Shown here one piece after another: positions 16,493 to 22,978 of a stretch of DNA of 64,000 nucleotides (within the stretch, counting starts at the first letter, position 1; each line of letters begins with the position of its first letter). Made by a program: the position numbers and the translations under genes. The stretch lies in sequence record PV159336. One strand, given 5' to 3'. Source of the DNA: Escherichia phage W22. The notes beneath the pieces were generated by a model. It saw nothing but the letters and a program-made list of their open reading frames with translations, searched no databases and had not been told where the DNA came from.

Positions 16493-18226
16493 ATGAATAT
16501 TTTTGCACCTTTTGCTACTGATTGGTACAAACCTGGTCACAAGCAGATGTACAATCAAAATACAAAACTCATTTTCTCTAATTTAACTCCTCGTAATGAT
16601 AAAAACTTTGCGCACTATGCAGATCGTGAAGCACGTGGTGTGATTGTTTTAGGTATTCGTCGAGCAGTCACTGATGCTCTTGTAACTATGTGGGATAGCT
16701 TCTTTAAAATGTCTCGTAGTGCAGCAGTAAATAAATTTTATCGTATGTCTAAAAATGCATTAGGTGCTTCTGCTCCTTCTGCTGAATGTTGGGGAGAATT
16801 GCACGATTTAGGTTATCTTCCGCTGGAAGTTCGATCTCTGCCAGAAGGTGTTTTGTGTCCTATTGGTGTTCCTGTGTTTACTGTGCATAATACTTTAGAA
16901 AAATTCTTTTGGTTAACTAACTATGTGGAAACACTGTTGTCAGATGAAACTTGGAAGACAATGACTAATGCCACAGCAGCTTTTCAGTATAAGCGTATCG
17001 CTATGGCATATGCGATGGCAACGTGTGATAATATTGATCACGTTAACTTCCAGTGTCATGATTTTAGCCTACGTGGTTTAAGTAATATCGAAGATGGTTA
17101 TAAGAGTGGTATCGCTCATTTAGCATCTTTCACAGGGACAGATAATATTCTGGCTATTGAAACTGTGCATGATTATTATGGTATTGATTATGATCAGTTT
17201 GTTGCAGGTTCTATTCCGGCAACAGAACATTCAGTAGCAACGACTAACATTGGAGCTATTGTTGAAGACCTGAAGAAACATTTCCCACATCTTAAAGATG
17301 ATGTAGATGGTCTTCGTTATGTAGCAGAGAAAGAGTTTCTTCGTCGTTATATTGAAGAAATTGTTCCAGAAGGTTTTTGTTCATATGTAGCAGATTCCTA
17401 TGATTACTGGGCTGTCTTGACTCGCATTCTGGTAGAATTGAAAGAATCCATTATGTCACGAAATGGTCGTCTTGTTATTCGTCCAGATTCAGGAGATCCG
17501 GTTAAAGTTGTTGCAGGATACAATGTTGAATCTTTTGATAACTATGAAGACCTTTTAAATAATGGTATTGCGACAGCCACTGAAGTAGTTCATTTGGCTG
17601 ATGTTAATAAGTATTACAATGTTCTTCAGGATTGCAGTGTTGCTGACTGTATTGATGAAACTTATGAGATTCCTTATTGTGAAGCAGTAGGTTCTATTCA
17701 AATCCTTTGGGAAGTGTTTGGTGGTACTATCAACCGAAAAGGCTACAAGGTTCTTGATCAGCATATCGGTATGATTTATGGTGATTCTATTACTGTTGAA
17801 CGAGAACACGAGATCTTACGCCGACTGAAGAAGAAAGGTTTTGCAGCTTCCAATATCGTATTTGGTGTTGGTAGTTATACTTATCAGTTCAATACACGAG
17901 ATACTTTCGGTTTTGCTGTTAAAGCAACAGGTAGTATCATCGGTGAACACGAAATTTTGGTAAGTAAGGAGCCTAAAACTGATCCTGGTAAACGCTCTGC
18001 AAAAGGTTTTATTAAGGTTGTTAAGGATACCAATGGTAATCTGTCTCTTGTAGATAATCTTTCTTTTAAAGATATCCAGGATGAAGACAATGAGTTACAA
18101 GTTATCTTCAAGGATGGTAAGGTTATTACACCACAAGTAGAAGGCCGTGATGAAACATTCACTGATATCCGCAACCGTGTTGACGTAGAGGTTCTTCGTA
18201 CTATGGGAACCATCCAGGTTGACTAA
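16493..18226 (+). CDS. nadV: nicotinamide phosphoribosyltransferase (NadV/NAMPT)-like
   Basis: 577 aa; N-terminal FATDWYKPGHKQMY and overall length typical of the NAMPT family. Confidence 0.7.
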   Translation: MNIFAPFATDWYKPGHKQMYNQNTKLIFSNLTPRNDKNFAHYADREARGVIVLGIRRAVTDALVTMWDSFFKMSRSAAVNKFYRMSKNALGASAPSAECWGELHDLGYLPLEVRSLPEGVLCPIGVPVFTVHNTLEKFFWLTNYVETLLSDETWKTMTNATAAFQYKRIAMAYAMATCDNIDHVNFQCHDFSLRGLSNIEDGYKSGIAHLASFTGTDNILAIETVHDYYGIDYDQFVAGSIPATEHSVATTNIGAIVEDLKKHFPHLKDDVDGLRYVAEKEFLRRYIEEIVPEGFCSYVADSYDYWAVLTRILVELKESIMSRNGRLVIRPDSGDPVKVVAGYNVESFDNYEDLLNNGIATATEVVHLADVNKYYNVLQDCSVADCIDETYEIPYCEAVGSIQILWEVFGGTINRKGYKVLDQHIGMIYGDSITVEREHEILRRLKKKGFAASNIVFGVGSYTYQFNTRDTFGFAVKATGSIIGEHEILVSKEPKTDPGKRSAKGFIKVVKDTNGNLSLVDNLSFKDIQDEDNELQVIFKDGKVITPQVEGRDETFTDIRNRVDVEVLRTMGTIQVD

Positions 18227-18297
18227 ATAAAAACTTCGTGATAAGATTAAGGTAAGGAGAGCCTACAACTGCCCTGGATGGGCTTCACGAAGGATTT

Positions 18298-18519
18298 ATG
18301 AAACAACATAATTTTTATTTTCGTTGCCGAGCCTGTAACAGACACTTGACTAATCACTCCCGTAGAGACAGGAATGGTAATATTCAAGAGTCGGATCTAT
18401 GCTCGATTTGTACAAGTTTGGCATTCGACGACAGTCCCGAAAGGGTTTATCAACATCAAAGTGTAACTGATCTTCTTCTAAATTACACAACACCAGAGGA
18501 GGAATTAGATTTCACATAA
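18298..18519 (+). CDS. small zinc-ribbon protein (73 aa)
   Basis: CRACNRH...CSIC pattern. Confidence 0.4.
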   Translation: MKQHNFYFRCRACNRHLTNHSRRDRNGNIQESDLCSICTSLAFDDSPERVYQHQSVTDLLLNYTTPEEELDFT

Positions 18520-18532
18520 TTAAGGAAACAGT

Positions 18533-18643
18533 ATGTCTACAGAAATTATTTTTGGCTTATCTGTTTTTATTGCTATTGTATCTTTTGTATGCGGTTATAC
18601 ACTAGGTTACAGATCAAGAAAAAATATTGTAAAAACTAGTTGA
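18533..18643 (+). CDS. small hydrophobic protein (36 aa, one predicted TM helix)
   Basis: Manual ORF MSTEIIFGLSVFIAIVSFVCGYTLGYRSRKNIVKTS after AAGGA RBS. Confidence 0.3.
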   Translation: MSTEIIFGLSVFIAIVSFVCGYTLGYRSRKNIVKTS

Positions 18644-18669
18644 CAACATAGCTAGTTATTTGCTAAGAT
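18640..18669 (+). promoter_or_regulatory. sigma70-like promoter (TTGACA, 18 nt, TGc-TAAGAT)
   Basis: Sequence match upstream of the 18700 start. Confidence 0.4.
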
Positions 18670-18699
18670 AAGCCCAAGTTAAACAAAAAGGAGAAAACT

Positions 18700-18966
18700 A
18701 TGACAGAACGTACTTATGGTAAAGAACTGATTGAGAAGCACGTATTGATTGATAATAAAGGTGGAGCAATCTTTATTTTTGAACCTGAATCAGTTCTTAC
18801 TGAAAACGAAAATGGTAGCGTTAGCCTTAAAACAGAAAGTTTGGTAATTGACTTCCTTGCTCTTCTGGATGAAATGGGGCTTCCTCACGAAGAAGAAGCA
18901 GCTATTGCTTTGATTACAGTTCTTCTGGAGAAACGCGAAGCTGGTGAAATGACCCAGTATGCTTAA
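18700..18966 (+). CDS. hypothetical acidic protein (88 aa)
   Basis: ORF track; GGAG RBS. Confidence 0.45.
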   Translation: MTERTYGKELIEKHVLIDNKGGAIFIFEPESVLTENENGSVSLKTESLVIDFLALLDEMGLPHEEEAAIALITVLLEKREAGEMTQYA

Positions 18967-18973
18967 TATTCAA

Positions 18974-19049
18974 GGTTCCATAGCTCACTGACGAGAGCGC
19001 ACACCTCATAAGTGTCGAGGGCAGGGATTGTAACCCTGGGGAACCACCA
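18974..19049 (+). tRNA. tRNA, anticodon CAT (Met or Ile2), atypical T-loop
   Basis: Manual fold: acceptor GGTTCC/GGAACC, anticodon loop CTCATAA, CCA encoded. Confidence 0.45.
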
Positions 19050-19080
19050 TTTAAAAGGAGGTGCTATGCATCTCCTATAT

Positions 19081-19166
19081 GCAAGTGTGGTGGAATTGGT
19101 GATACACATTGTGCTTAAAACGCAACGCTTAAATGCTTGAGGGTTCGAATCCCTCCACTTGCACCA
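19081..19166 (+). tRNA. tRNA-Leu (anticodon TAA)
   Basis: Manual fold: acceptor GCAAGTG/CACTTGC, loop CTTAAAA, long variable arm, T-loop GGTTCGAATCC, CCA. Confidence 0.6.
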
Positions 19167-19168
19167 AC

Positions 19169-19273
19169 GCCTAGTAGGGTATTTGGTAATTCCGAGGCCA
19201 TCAAAGCCTGAAAAATATGTTAGACCGCTTTGTCTAACTAAATACGAAATATGGTTCGATTCCATAACTAGGC
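19169..19273 (+). ncRNA. atypical tRNA-like element (about 105 nt; possible UCA anticodon; no CCA)
   Basis: Perfect 7-bp acceptor GCCTAGT/ACTAGGC, T-arm TATGG-TTCGATT-CCATA, anticodon-like hairpin with loop CATCAAA, 7-bp extra arm GTTAGAC/GTCTAAC. Confidence 0.3.
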
Positions 19274-19306
19274 TTCAATTTAAATAATAATTTTAGTAAA
19301 AATATC

Positions 19307-19335
19307 TTGACATTCACTTAGTTTTTTGTTATAGT
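19307..19335 (+). promoter_or_regulatory. sigma70-like promoter (TTGACA, 17 nt, TGt-TATAGT)
   Basis: Near-consensus promoter inside the tRNA cluster. Confidence 0.5.
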
Positions 19336-19345
19336 TACTGTGAAA

Positions 19346-19427
19346 ACGGGGTGTATCTCACCTGACTTCTAATCAGGCGTTAACCGAGTAATTGGAGTAT
19401 GCAGGTTCGAATCCTGTCACCCCGACC
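19346..19427 (+). ncRNA. atypical tRNA-like element (anticodon-like loop CTTCTAA, no recognisable D-arm)
   Basis: Perfect acceptor CGGGGTG/CACCCCG plus ACCA, T-arm GCAGG-TTCGAAT-CCTGT, hairpin CCTGA-CTTCTAA-TCAGG only 7 nt after the acceptor. Confidence 0.35.
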
Positions 19428-19446
19428 AAAAAGTTTTTAAAAACTA

Positions 19447-19475
19447 CTTGACAAGCAAGATAGTTTTATGTTAGA
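19447..19475 (+). promoter_or_regulatory. sigma70-like promoter (TTGACA, 17 nt, TGt-TAGATT)
   Basis: Sequence match inside the tRNA cluster. Confidence 0.45.
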
Positions 19476-19491
19476 TTTAAAGTATGATAAC

Positions 19492-19581
19492 GGGAAGGTA
19501 GGGCGCAGCGGTGCGCAACCAGGTTTGAACCCTGGCCCATTGTAGCGATACGGTGATGGTTCGACTCCATTATCTTCCTCC
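19492..19581 (+). tRNA. tRNA-Ser (anticodon TGA)
   Basis: Manual fold: acceptor GGAAGGT/ATCTTCC, stem CCAGG/CCTGG with loop TTTGAAC, long variable arm, CCA. Confidence 0.55.
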
Positions 19582-19600
19582 AAATTCAACTAGGAGCTTT

Positions 19601-19753
19601 ATGAATTATAAAACTATTGGACAGGTTGTTACCGGAGTTAAGATTGTAGATAATAAAGTTGTTTATGAGTATTCTAATCTTCAACAATCTGAAGATGGTA
19701 AGAATATTCGTATGGTAAAAGCAGAACAAAAAGATTCCGGTTGTTTTGAATAA
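19601..19753 (+). CDS. small hypothetical protein (50 aa)
   Basis: ORF track 19553..19753 overlaps tRNA-Ser; internal ATG after AGGAG RBS chosen. Confidence 0.35.
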   Translation: MNYKTIGQVVTGVKIVDNKVVYEYSNLQQSEDGKNIRMVKAEQKDSGCFE

Positions 19754-19761
19754 TTAAGAAC

Positions 19762-19847
19762 GGTAGATTGGTGAAATGGTAGCCACAACAGTTTGCTAAA
19801 CTGTCGTCGGAAACGGCGTGTAGGTTCAAGTCCTACATCTACCGCCA
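19762..19847 (+). tRNA. tRNA-Ser (anticodon GCT)
   Basis: Manual fold: acceptor GGTAGAT/ATCTACC, stem ACAGT/ACTGT loop TTGCTAA, long variable arm, discriminator G, CCA. Confidence 0.6.
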
Positions 19848-19974
19848 AGTTATCTTTAATGTAGCTTGTAATCTTACTTTAATAGAGTAAACTTTCGGCA
19901 GATGGCCCCCCACCATCTTACCGATATCCCATAGTCAAGTGCCGCAAACACTGGCTATTTTAAAGATAATTTAT

Positions 19975-20050
19975 ACATCGTTAGCTTAGTTGGTAGAGCA
20001 AGGGGCTTTTAACTCCAAGGTCGAAGGTTCGAATCCTTCACGATGTACCA
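19975..20050 (+). tRNA. tRNA-Lys (anticodon TTT)
   Basis: Manual fold: acceptor ACATCGT/ACGATGT, D-arm GCTTAGTTGGTAGAGC, loop CTTTTAA, T-loop GGTTCGAATCC, CCA. Confidence 0.6.
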
Positions 20051-20055
20051 AACAC

Positions 20056-20142
20056 GTAGGTATCGCATAGCGGCAATTGCTGGAGACTGTAAATCTCTTG
20101 CCCTTCGGGGCTTCGTTGGTTCGAGTCCAACTACCTGCACCA
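20056..20142 (+). tRNA. tRNA-Tyr (anticodon GTA)
   Basis: Manual fold: acceptor GTAGGTA/TACCTGC, stem GGAGA/TCTCT loop CTGTAAA, long variable arm, CCA. Confidence 0.6.
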
Positions 20143-20149
20143 AATTAAA

Positions 20150-20234
20150 GATGGATTGGCCTAGTGGTTGGGCGACGGACTGTTAATCCGTGAACGAAAG
20201 TTCTAGCAAGGTTCAAATCCTTGATCCATCGCCA
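20150..20234 (+). tRNA. tRNA with Asn anticodon GTT on a class-II (long variable arm) scaffold
   Basis: Manual fold: acceptor GATGGAT/ATCCATC, stem ACGGA/TCCGT loop CTGTTAA, 15-nt variable arm GAAC-GAAA-GTTC, discriminator G, CCA. Confidence 0.45.
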
Positions 20235-20241
20235 GAATTAT

Positions 20242-20318
20242 GGACTTGTAGAGTTAAGGTAAACCTCCAGTCGCCAAGAGGCTTCTGGAATTGCAGGTAT
20301 CGAATCCTGCCGAGTCCA
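20242..20318 (+). ncRNA. atypical tRNA-like element (anticodon unresolved, 8-nt T-loop, no CCA)
   Basis: 7-bp acceptor GGACTTG/CGAGTCC and T-arm GCAGG-TATCGAAT-CCTGC; no clean anticodon arm found. Confidence 0.3.
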
Positions 20319-20324
20319 AGTATT

Positions 20325-20399
20325 GCTCCTATCGTATAACGGCTATTACGGTTGCCTTGTAAGCAACTTATCAGGGTTCGAGTCCTTGTGGGAGCACCA
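20325..20399 (+). tRNA. tRNA-Thr (anticodon TGT)
   Basis: Manual fold: acceptor GCTCCTA/TGGGAGC, stem GTTGC/GCAAC loop CTTGTAA, CCA. Confidence 0.6.
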
Positions 20400-20416
20400 A
20401 TTTTAACTCTAAAGGA

Positions 20417-20746
20417 GTGTATGTGACAGAAAAAGAGTTAGAGAAATATTTTAATATCAATGTTTTCGATGGTTTTGATGATATTGAAGATGTTGAAAGA
20501 TATTATGAAGTAGAGTTAGATAAGGATAACATTGTAATTCTTTCTGCCACTTATGATTGTGCATATTATGAAGGTGAATCTCACGTTTATTTTTATGATA
20601 TGAAAACATCTTTGTTTTATGAAGTACACGCATATCATTGTTCTTGTTATGGCTTAGAAGGTCAGTGGGAACCTGAAGAAATAGGTGATTTGGACTTTAC
20701 TATTGCATATCTAAACAGACGTGGTGCATCTACTATTTTAAAATAA
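20417..20746 (+). CDS. hypothetical Cys/His-containing protein inside the tRNA cluster
   Basis: ORF track (109 aa); GTG start region after AAGGAG RBS; motif HAYHCSCYG. Confidence 0.45.
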   Translation: MYVTEKELEKYFNINVFDGFDDIEDVERYYEVELDKDNIVILSATYDCAYYEGESHVYFYDMKTSLFYEVHAYHCSCYGLEGQWEPEEIGDLDFTIAYLNRRGASTILK

Positions 20747-20760
20747 ATATCAAAAGCCTC

Positions 20761-20789
20761 TTGACAAAGGGGCTAATAATATGTTAGAG
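20761..20789 (+). promoter_or_regulatory. sigma70-like promoter (TTGACA, 17 nt, TGt-TAGAGT)
   Basis: Sequence match upstream of tRNA-Gly. Confidence 0.45.
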
Positions 20790-20801
20790 TAATATTGTTA
20801 A

Positions 20802-20876
20802 GCGGGTATAGTGTTAATGGTAGCATATGAGGTTTCCACCCTCCAGGTGCAGGTTCAAGTCCTGTTACTCGCTCCA
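20802..20876 (+). tRNA. tRNA-Gly (anticodon TCC)
   Basis: Manual fold: acceptor GCGGGTA/TACTCGC, loop TTTCCAC, T-loop GGTTCAAGTCC, CCA. Confidence 0.55.
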
Positions 20877-20975
20877 AGATTATTTAAATGGAATCGCTAG
20901 AGAAAATTTCTCTTTTCGCTCATGGTTTTCTCCTTCAAACTCTAGCGGTTCTTTTTAAGTGATTTTTAGTTTTAT

Positions 20976-21050
20976 TGGAGATTAGCCTAGTGGGAAGGCA
21001 ACGGCCTTTGAAGTCGTGATGACTAGGTTCGATTCCTAGATCTCCAGCCA
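20976..21050 (+). tRNA. tRNA-Gln (anticodon TTG)
   Basis: Manual fold: acceptor TGGAGAT/ATCTCCA, stem ACGGC/GTCGT loop CTTTGAA, T-loop GGTTCGATTCC, CCA. Confidence 0.55.
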
Positions 21051-21057
21051 GTATTTA

Positions 21058-21133
21058 CAGTGCGTAGCGCAGTTGGTAGCGTGGGAGCTTTGGATGCTTC
21101 GGGTCGCAGGTTCGAGTCCTGCCGCACTGACCA
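21058..21133 (+). tRNA. tRNA-Pro (anticodon TGG)
   Basis: Manual fold: acceptor CAGTGCG/CGCACTG, D-arm GCGCAGTTGGTAGCG, loop TTTGGAT, T-loop GGTTCGAGTCC, CCA. Confidence 0.55.
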
Positions 21134-21138
21134 AATTT

Positions 21139-21213
21139 GCAGAGATAGCTGAGACGGATTAGTGCTACCCTGAAAAGGTAGAAAGGATGGATCGTTACCA
21201 TCTCTCTGCACCA
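21139..21213 (+). tRNA. tRNA-Phe (anticodon GAA), atypical T-loop
   Basis: Manual fold: acceptor GCAGAGA/TCTCTGC, stem CTACC/GGTAG loop CTGAAAA, CCA. Confidence 0.5.
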
Positions 21214-21289
21214 AATAACACCATCCAAGGAGTAGACTTGGTTAACTGTCAATAGCACATTGAGGCTTCTTACAGTGGTGTATTTTTAT

Positions 21290-21374
21290 GGCTAAGTGGT
21301 GGAATGGTATACACGATACGCTTAGAACGTATTGCCCCAAGGGATTGTGAGTTCGAGTCTCACCTTAGCTACCA
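21290..21374 (+). tRNA. tRNA-Leu (anticodon TAG)
   Basis: Manual fold: acceptor GGCTAAG/CTTAGCT, stem ATACG/CGTAT loop CTTAGAA, long variable arm, CCA. Confidence 0.6.
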
Positions 21375-21462
21375 TATCTAAGAGATATCATAGGGTTTGC
21401 AACGGATATCTACCGTCCTGTTAAGGATACCACGCCAAGACGGGTTATAAAGGGTTAGCCAT

Positions 21463-21538
21463 TGATAGTGTGAAGCTGGCGTTTCGAGTGCTTTCATAAG
21501 GCATTGCGAGAAGAGTTCGATTCTCTTACTATCAACCA
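21463..21538 (+). tRNA. tRNA, anticodon CAT (Met, fMet or Ile2)
   Basis: Manual fold, 76 nt: acceptor TGATAGT/ACTATCA, loop TTCATAA, T-arm AAGAG-TTCGATT-CTCTT, CCA. Confidence 0.55.
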
Positions 21539-21553
21539 AATTACTACAGATTG

Positions 21554-21632
21554 CGCGGGATAGAGGAGTCTGGTCGTCCTCGCCAGTTTCATATGCTGGA
21601 GATCGTAGGTTCAAATCCTACTCCCGCCTCCA
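21554..21632 (+). tRNA. tRNA, anticodon CAT (Met, fMet or Ile2)
   Basis: Manual fold: D-stem GAGG/CCTC, stem CCAGT/GCTGG loop TTCATAT, T-loop GGTTCAAATCC, CCA; one acceptor mismatch. Confidence 0.45.
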
Positions 21633-21697
21633 ATAAATACCTCCCTTCTGGTGTAATGATTAAGTTACATTGACACTTCAAGGAACTTATAGCCGGG

Positions 21698-21773
21698 TAG
21701 ATTTAAAAGAGTATGGTACTCAATATGGCTCCAAACCATAGATCAAGGGGTTCGATTCCTCACCTTGCTGCCA
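21698..21773 (+). ncRNA. tRNA-Trp-like element (anticodon-like loop CTCCAAA) with unpaired acceptor
   Basis: Perfect stem TATGG/CCATA with loop CTCCAAA, T-arm with TTCGATT loop, 3' CCA; no complementary 5' acceptor strand found. Confidence 0.3.
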
Positions 21774-21778
21774 ATTAT

Positions 21779-21854
21779 TGTGGTATCGTACAGATGGTTA
21801 GTACACTCGACCGATAATCGAGAAACAACGGTTCGACTCCGTTTACCACGACCA
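21779..21854 (+). tRNA. tRNA-Ile (anticodon GAT)
   Basis: Manual fold: acceptor TGTGGTA/TACCACG, D-arm GTACAGATGGTTAGTAC, stem CTCGA/TCGAG loop CCGATAA, T-loop GGTTCGACTCC, CCA. Confidence 0.55.
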
Positions 21855-21965
21855 AACTCCGTGCCAGCGGTGTCTTCGAAGAACAAGCCTAGTTCCTTCT
21901 GAGATGGAGGGGTGCGACTCCTTAACGCACATACCACTACTACTAAATACTTATCAGGAGATATT

Positions 21966-22235
21966 ATGTATACTTTAAAAGTAATTCGCAAGTTTCCTCA
22001 AGAAGAGGAAGTAAGAATTTATAACACTGTACCATTCGTAGTAAATGAAGAAGAATTCTTTTATTGCTTAGAAGATGAAGTAATTATTCAATATCATTGG
22101 GAAGGTTACGACAGACAAGATGGTGTTGTAGCTTCTGTGATTGCTGGTGAAAGAGTGTTATTCATTCACAAAACTGAATCAGCATATTTAATGAATGATA
22201 AAGGACAAACTGTTAAAGTAATTAACAGACCATAA
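21966..22235 (+). CDS. hypothetical protein (89 aa)
   Basis: ORF track 21912..22235 trimmed to the ATG after CAGGAG RBS; followed by an intrinsic terminator. Confidence 0.45.
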   Translation: MYTLKVIRKFPQEEEVRIYNTVPFVVNEEEFFYCLEDEVIIQYHWEGYDRQDGVVASVIAGERVLFIHKTESAYLMNDKGQTVKVINRP

Positions 22236-22246
22236 AGAATTTTATA

Positions 22247-22275
22247 AAAGCCTCCTTTTTGGAGGTTTTTTATTA
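22247..22275 (+). terminator. rho-independent terminator
   Basis: AAAGCCTCC-TTTTT-GGAGGTTTTTT hairpin with U-tract. Confidence 0.6.
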
Positions 22276-22292
22276 TCTGTAAAATAAAGATC

Positions 22293-22321
22293 TTTACAAA
22301 ACGTATAAAATATGTTATCCT
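22293..22321 (+). promoter_or_regulatory. sigma70-like promoter (TTTACA, 17 nt, TGt-TATCCT)
   Basis: Sequence match at the start of the late region. Confidence 0.35.
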
Positions 22322-22341
22322 TAAGTAAGGAGGTGCATATT

Positions 22342-22632
22342 ATGCCTAAATTGAAAAGAGGTCGAGGTAGACCTACAGCCGAAATGCAACAGATCTATGC
22401 TATGGATGCTGCACAGGCGCAAGTAAAAGAAATTTTTGCTGGTCGTTATTTAGATGCTATGCGTTACATTGCAGATCTTGTTGTAGATGAAAAGGCTTCT
22501 GCTAATATCAAGTTGACTGCTTCTAAGATCATCAAAGAACAAGTAGAAGAATGGCTGGAAGAACATTATGAATCTATGGAAGAAGAAGATATTCTTCCAG
22601 AAAATTCTCCCCCTCAAAAAATCGTTATCTAA
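22342..22632 (+). CDS. DNA-binding protein with AT-hook-like KRGRGRP; possible terminase small subunit
   Basis: ORF track trimmed to ATG after AAGGAGG RBS; position ahead of the large terminase. Confidence 0.4.
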   Translation: MPKLKRGRGRPTAEMQQIYAMDAAQAQVKEIFAGRYLDAMRYIADLVVDEKASANIKLTASKIIKEQVEEWLEEHYESMEEEDILPENSPPQKIVI

Positions 22633-22769
22633 TTCTCCTCTCTTGGGAACTTTGTTCCCCCTCTCCTTGTTAATTAACACCCCTTTCCGAAAGGTTAGGG
22701 GGTTTTTTATTTATACCTATTGCTTTTATATATGTTTTTATGATATGATTAATACAGGAGGACTATAAA

Positions 22770-22943
22770 ATGAGAAACTATGTAGCTAAACACGATTTCA
22801 ATAGGGCTTCTTATCACAGAGATAAGAAGAACAGTTATTCGCGTAAATGGGATCTGGAGGAAGAGTTAGACTATGATTACAGAAGAACAATGGAAGGAGA
22901 TTTTGGAGAATGCACAACCGATGGTAGTGAAGAAGATAGTTAA
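22770..22943 (+). CDS. small hypothetical protein (57 aa)
   Basis: Manual ORF MRNYVAKHDFNRASYHRDKK... after ACAGGAGGA RBS. Confidence 0.35.
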   Translation: MRNYVAKHDFNRASYHRDKKNSYSRKWDLEEELDYDYRRTMEGDFGECTTDGSEEDS

Positions 22944-22978
22944 TAATTCACCAAGTCTCCCTAAAGTAAAATTTAAAG

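Noticed and set aside
18963-19265. 100-aa minus-strand ORF overlapping the first tRNAs
   Set aside because: Lies antisense across well-folded tRNA genes; no RBS; most likely spurious
21023-21258. Two overlapping minus-strand ORFs (63 and 67 aa) in the tRNA cluster
   Set aside because: Antisense to tRNA-Gln, tRNA-Pro and tRNA-Phe; Pro/Arg-rich translations typical of reading structured RNA backwards
21378-21991. Minus-strand ORFs of 78 and 82 aa at the end of the tRNA cluster
   Set aside because: Antisense to CAT tRNAs and tRNA-Ile and to the start of a plus-strand CDS; no RBS
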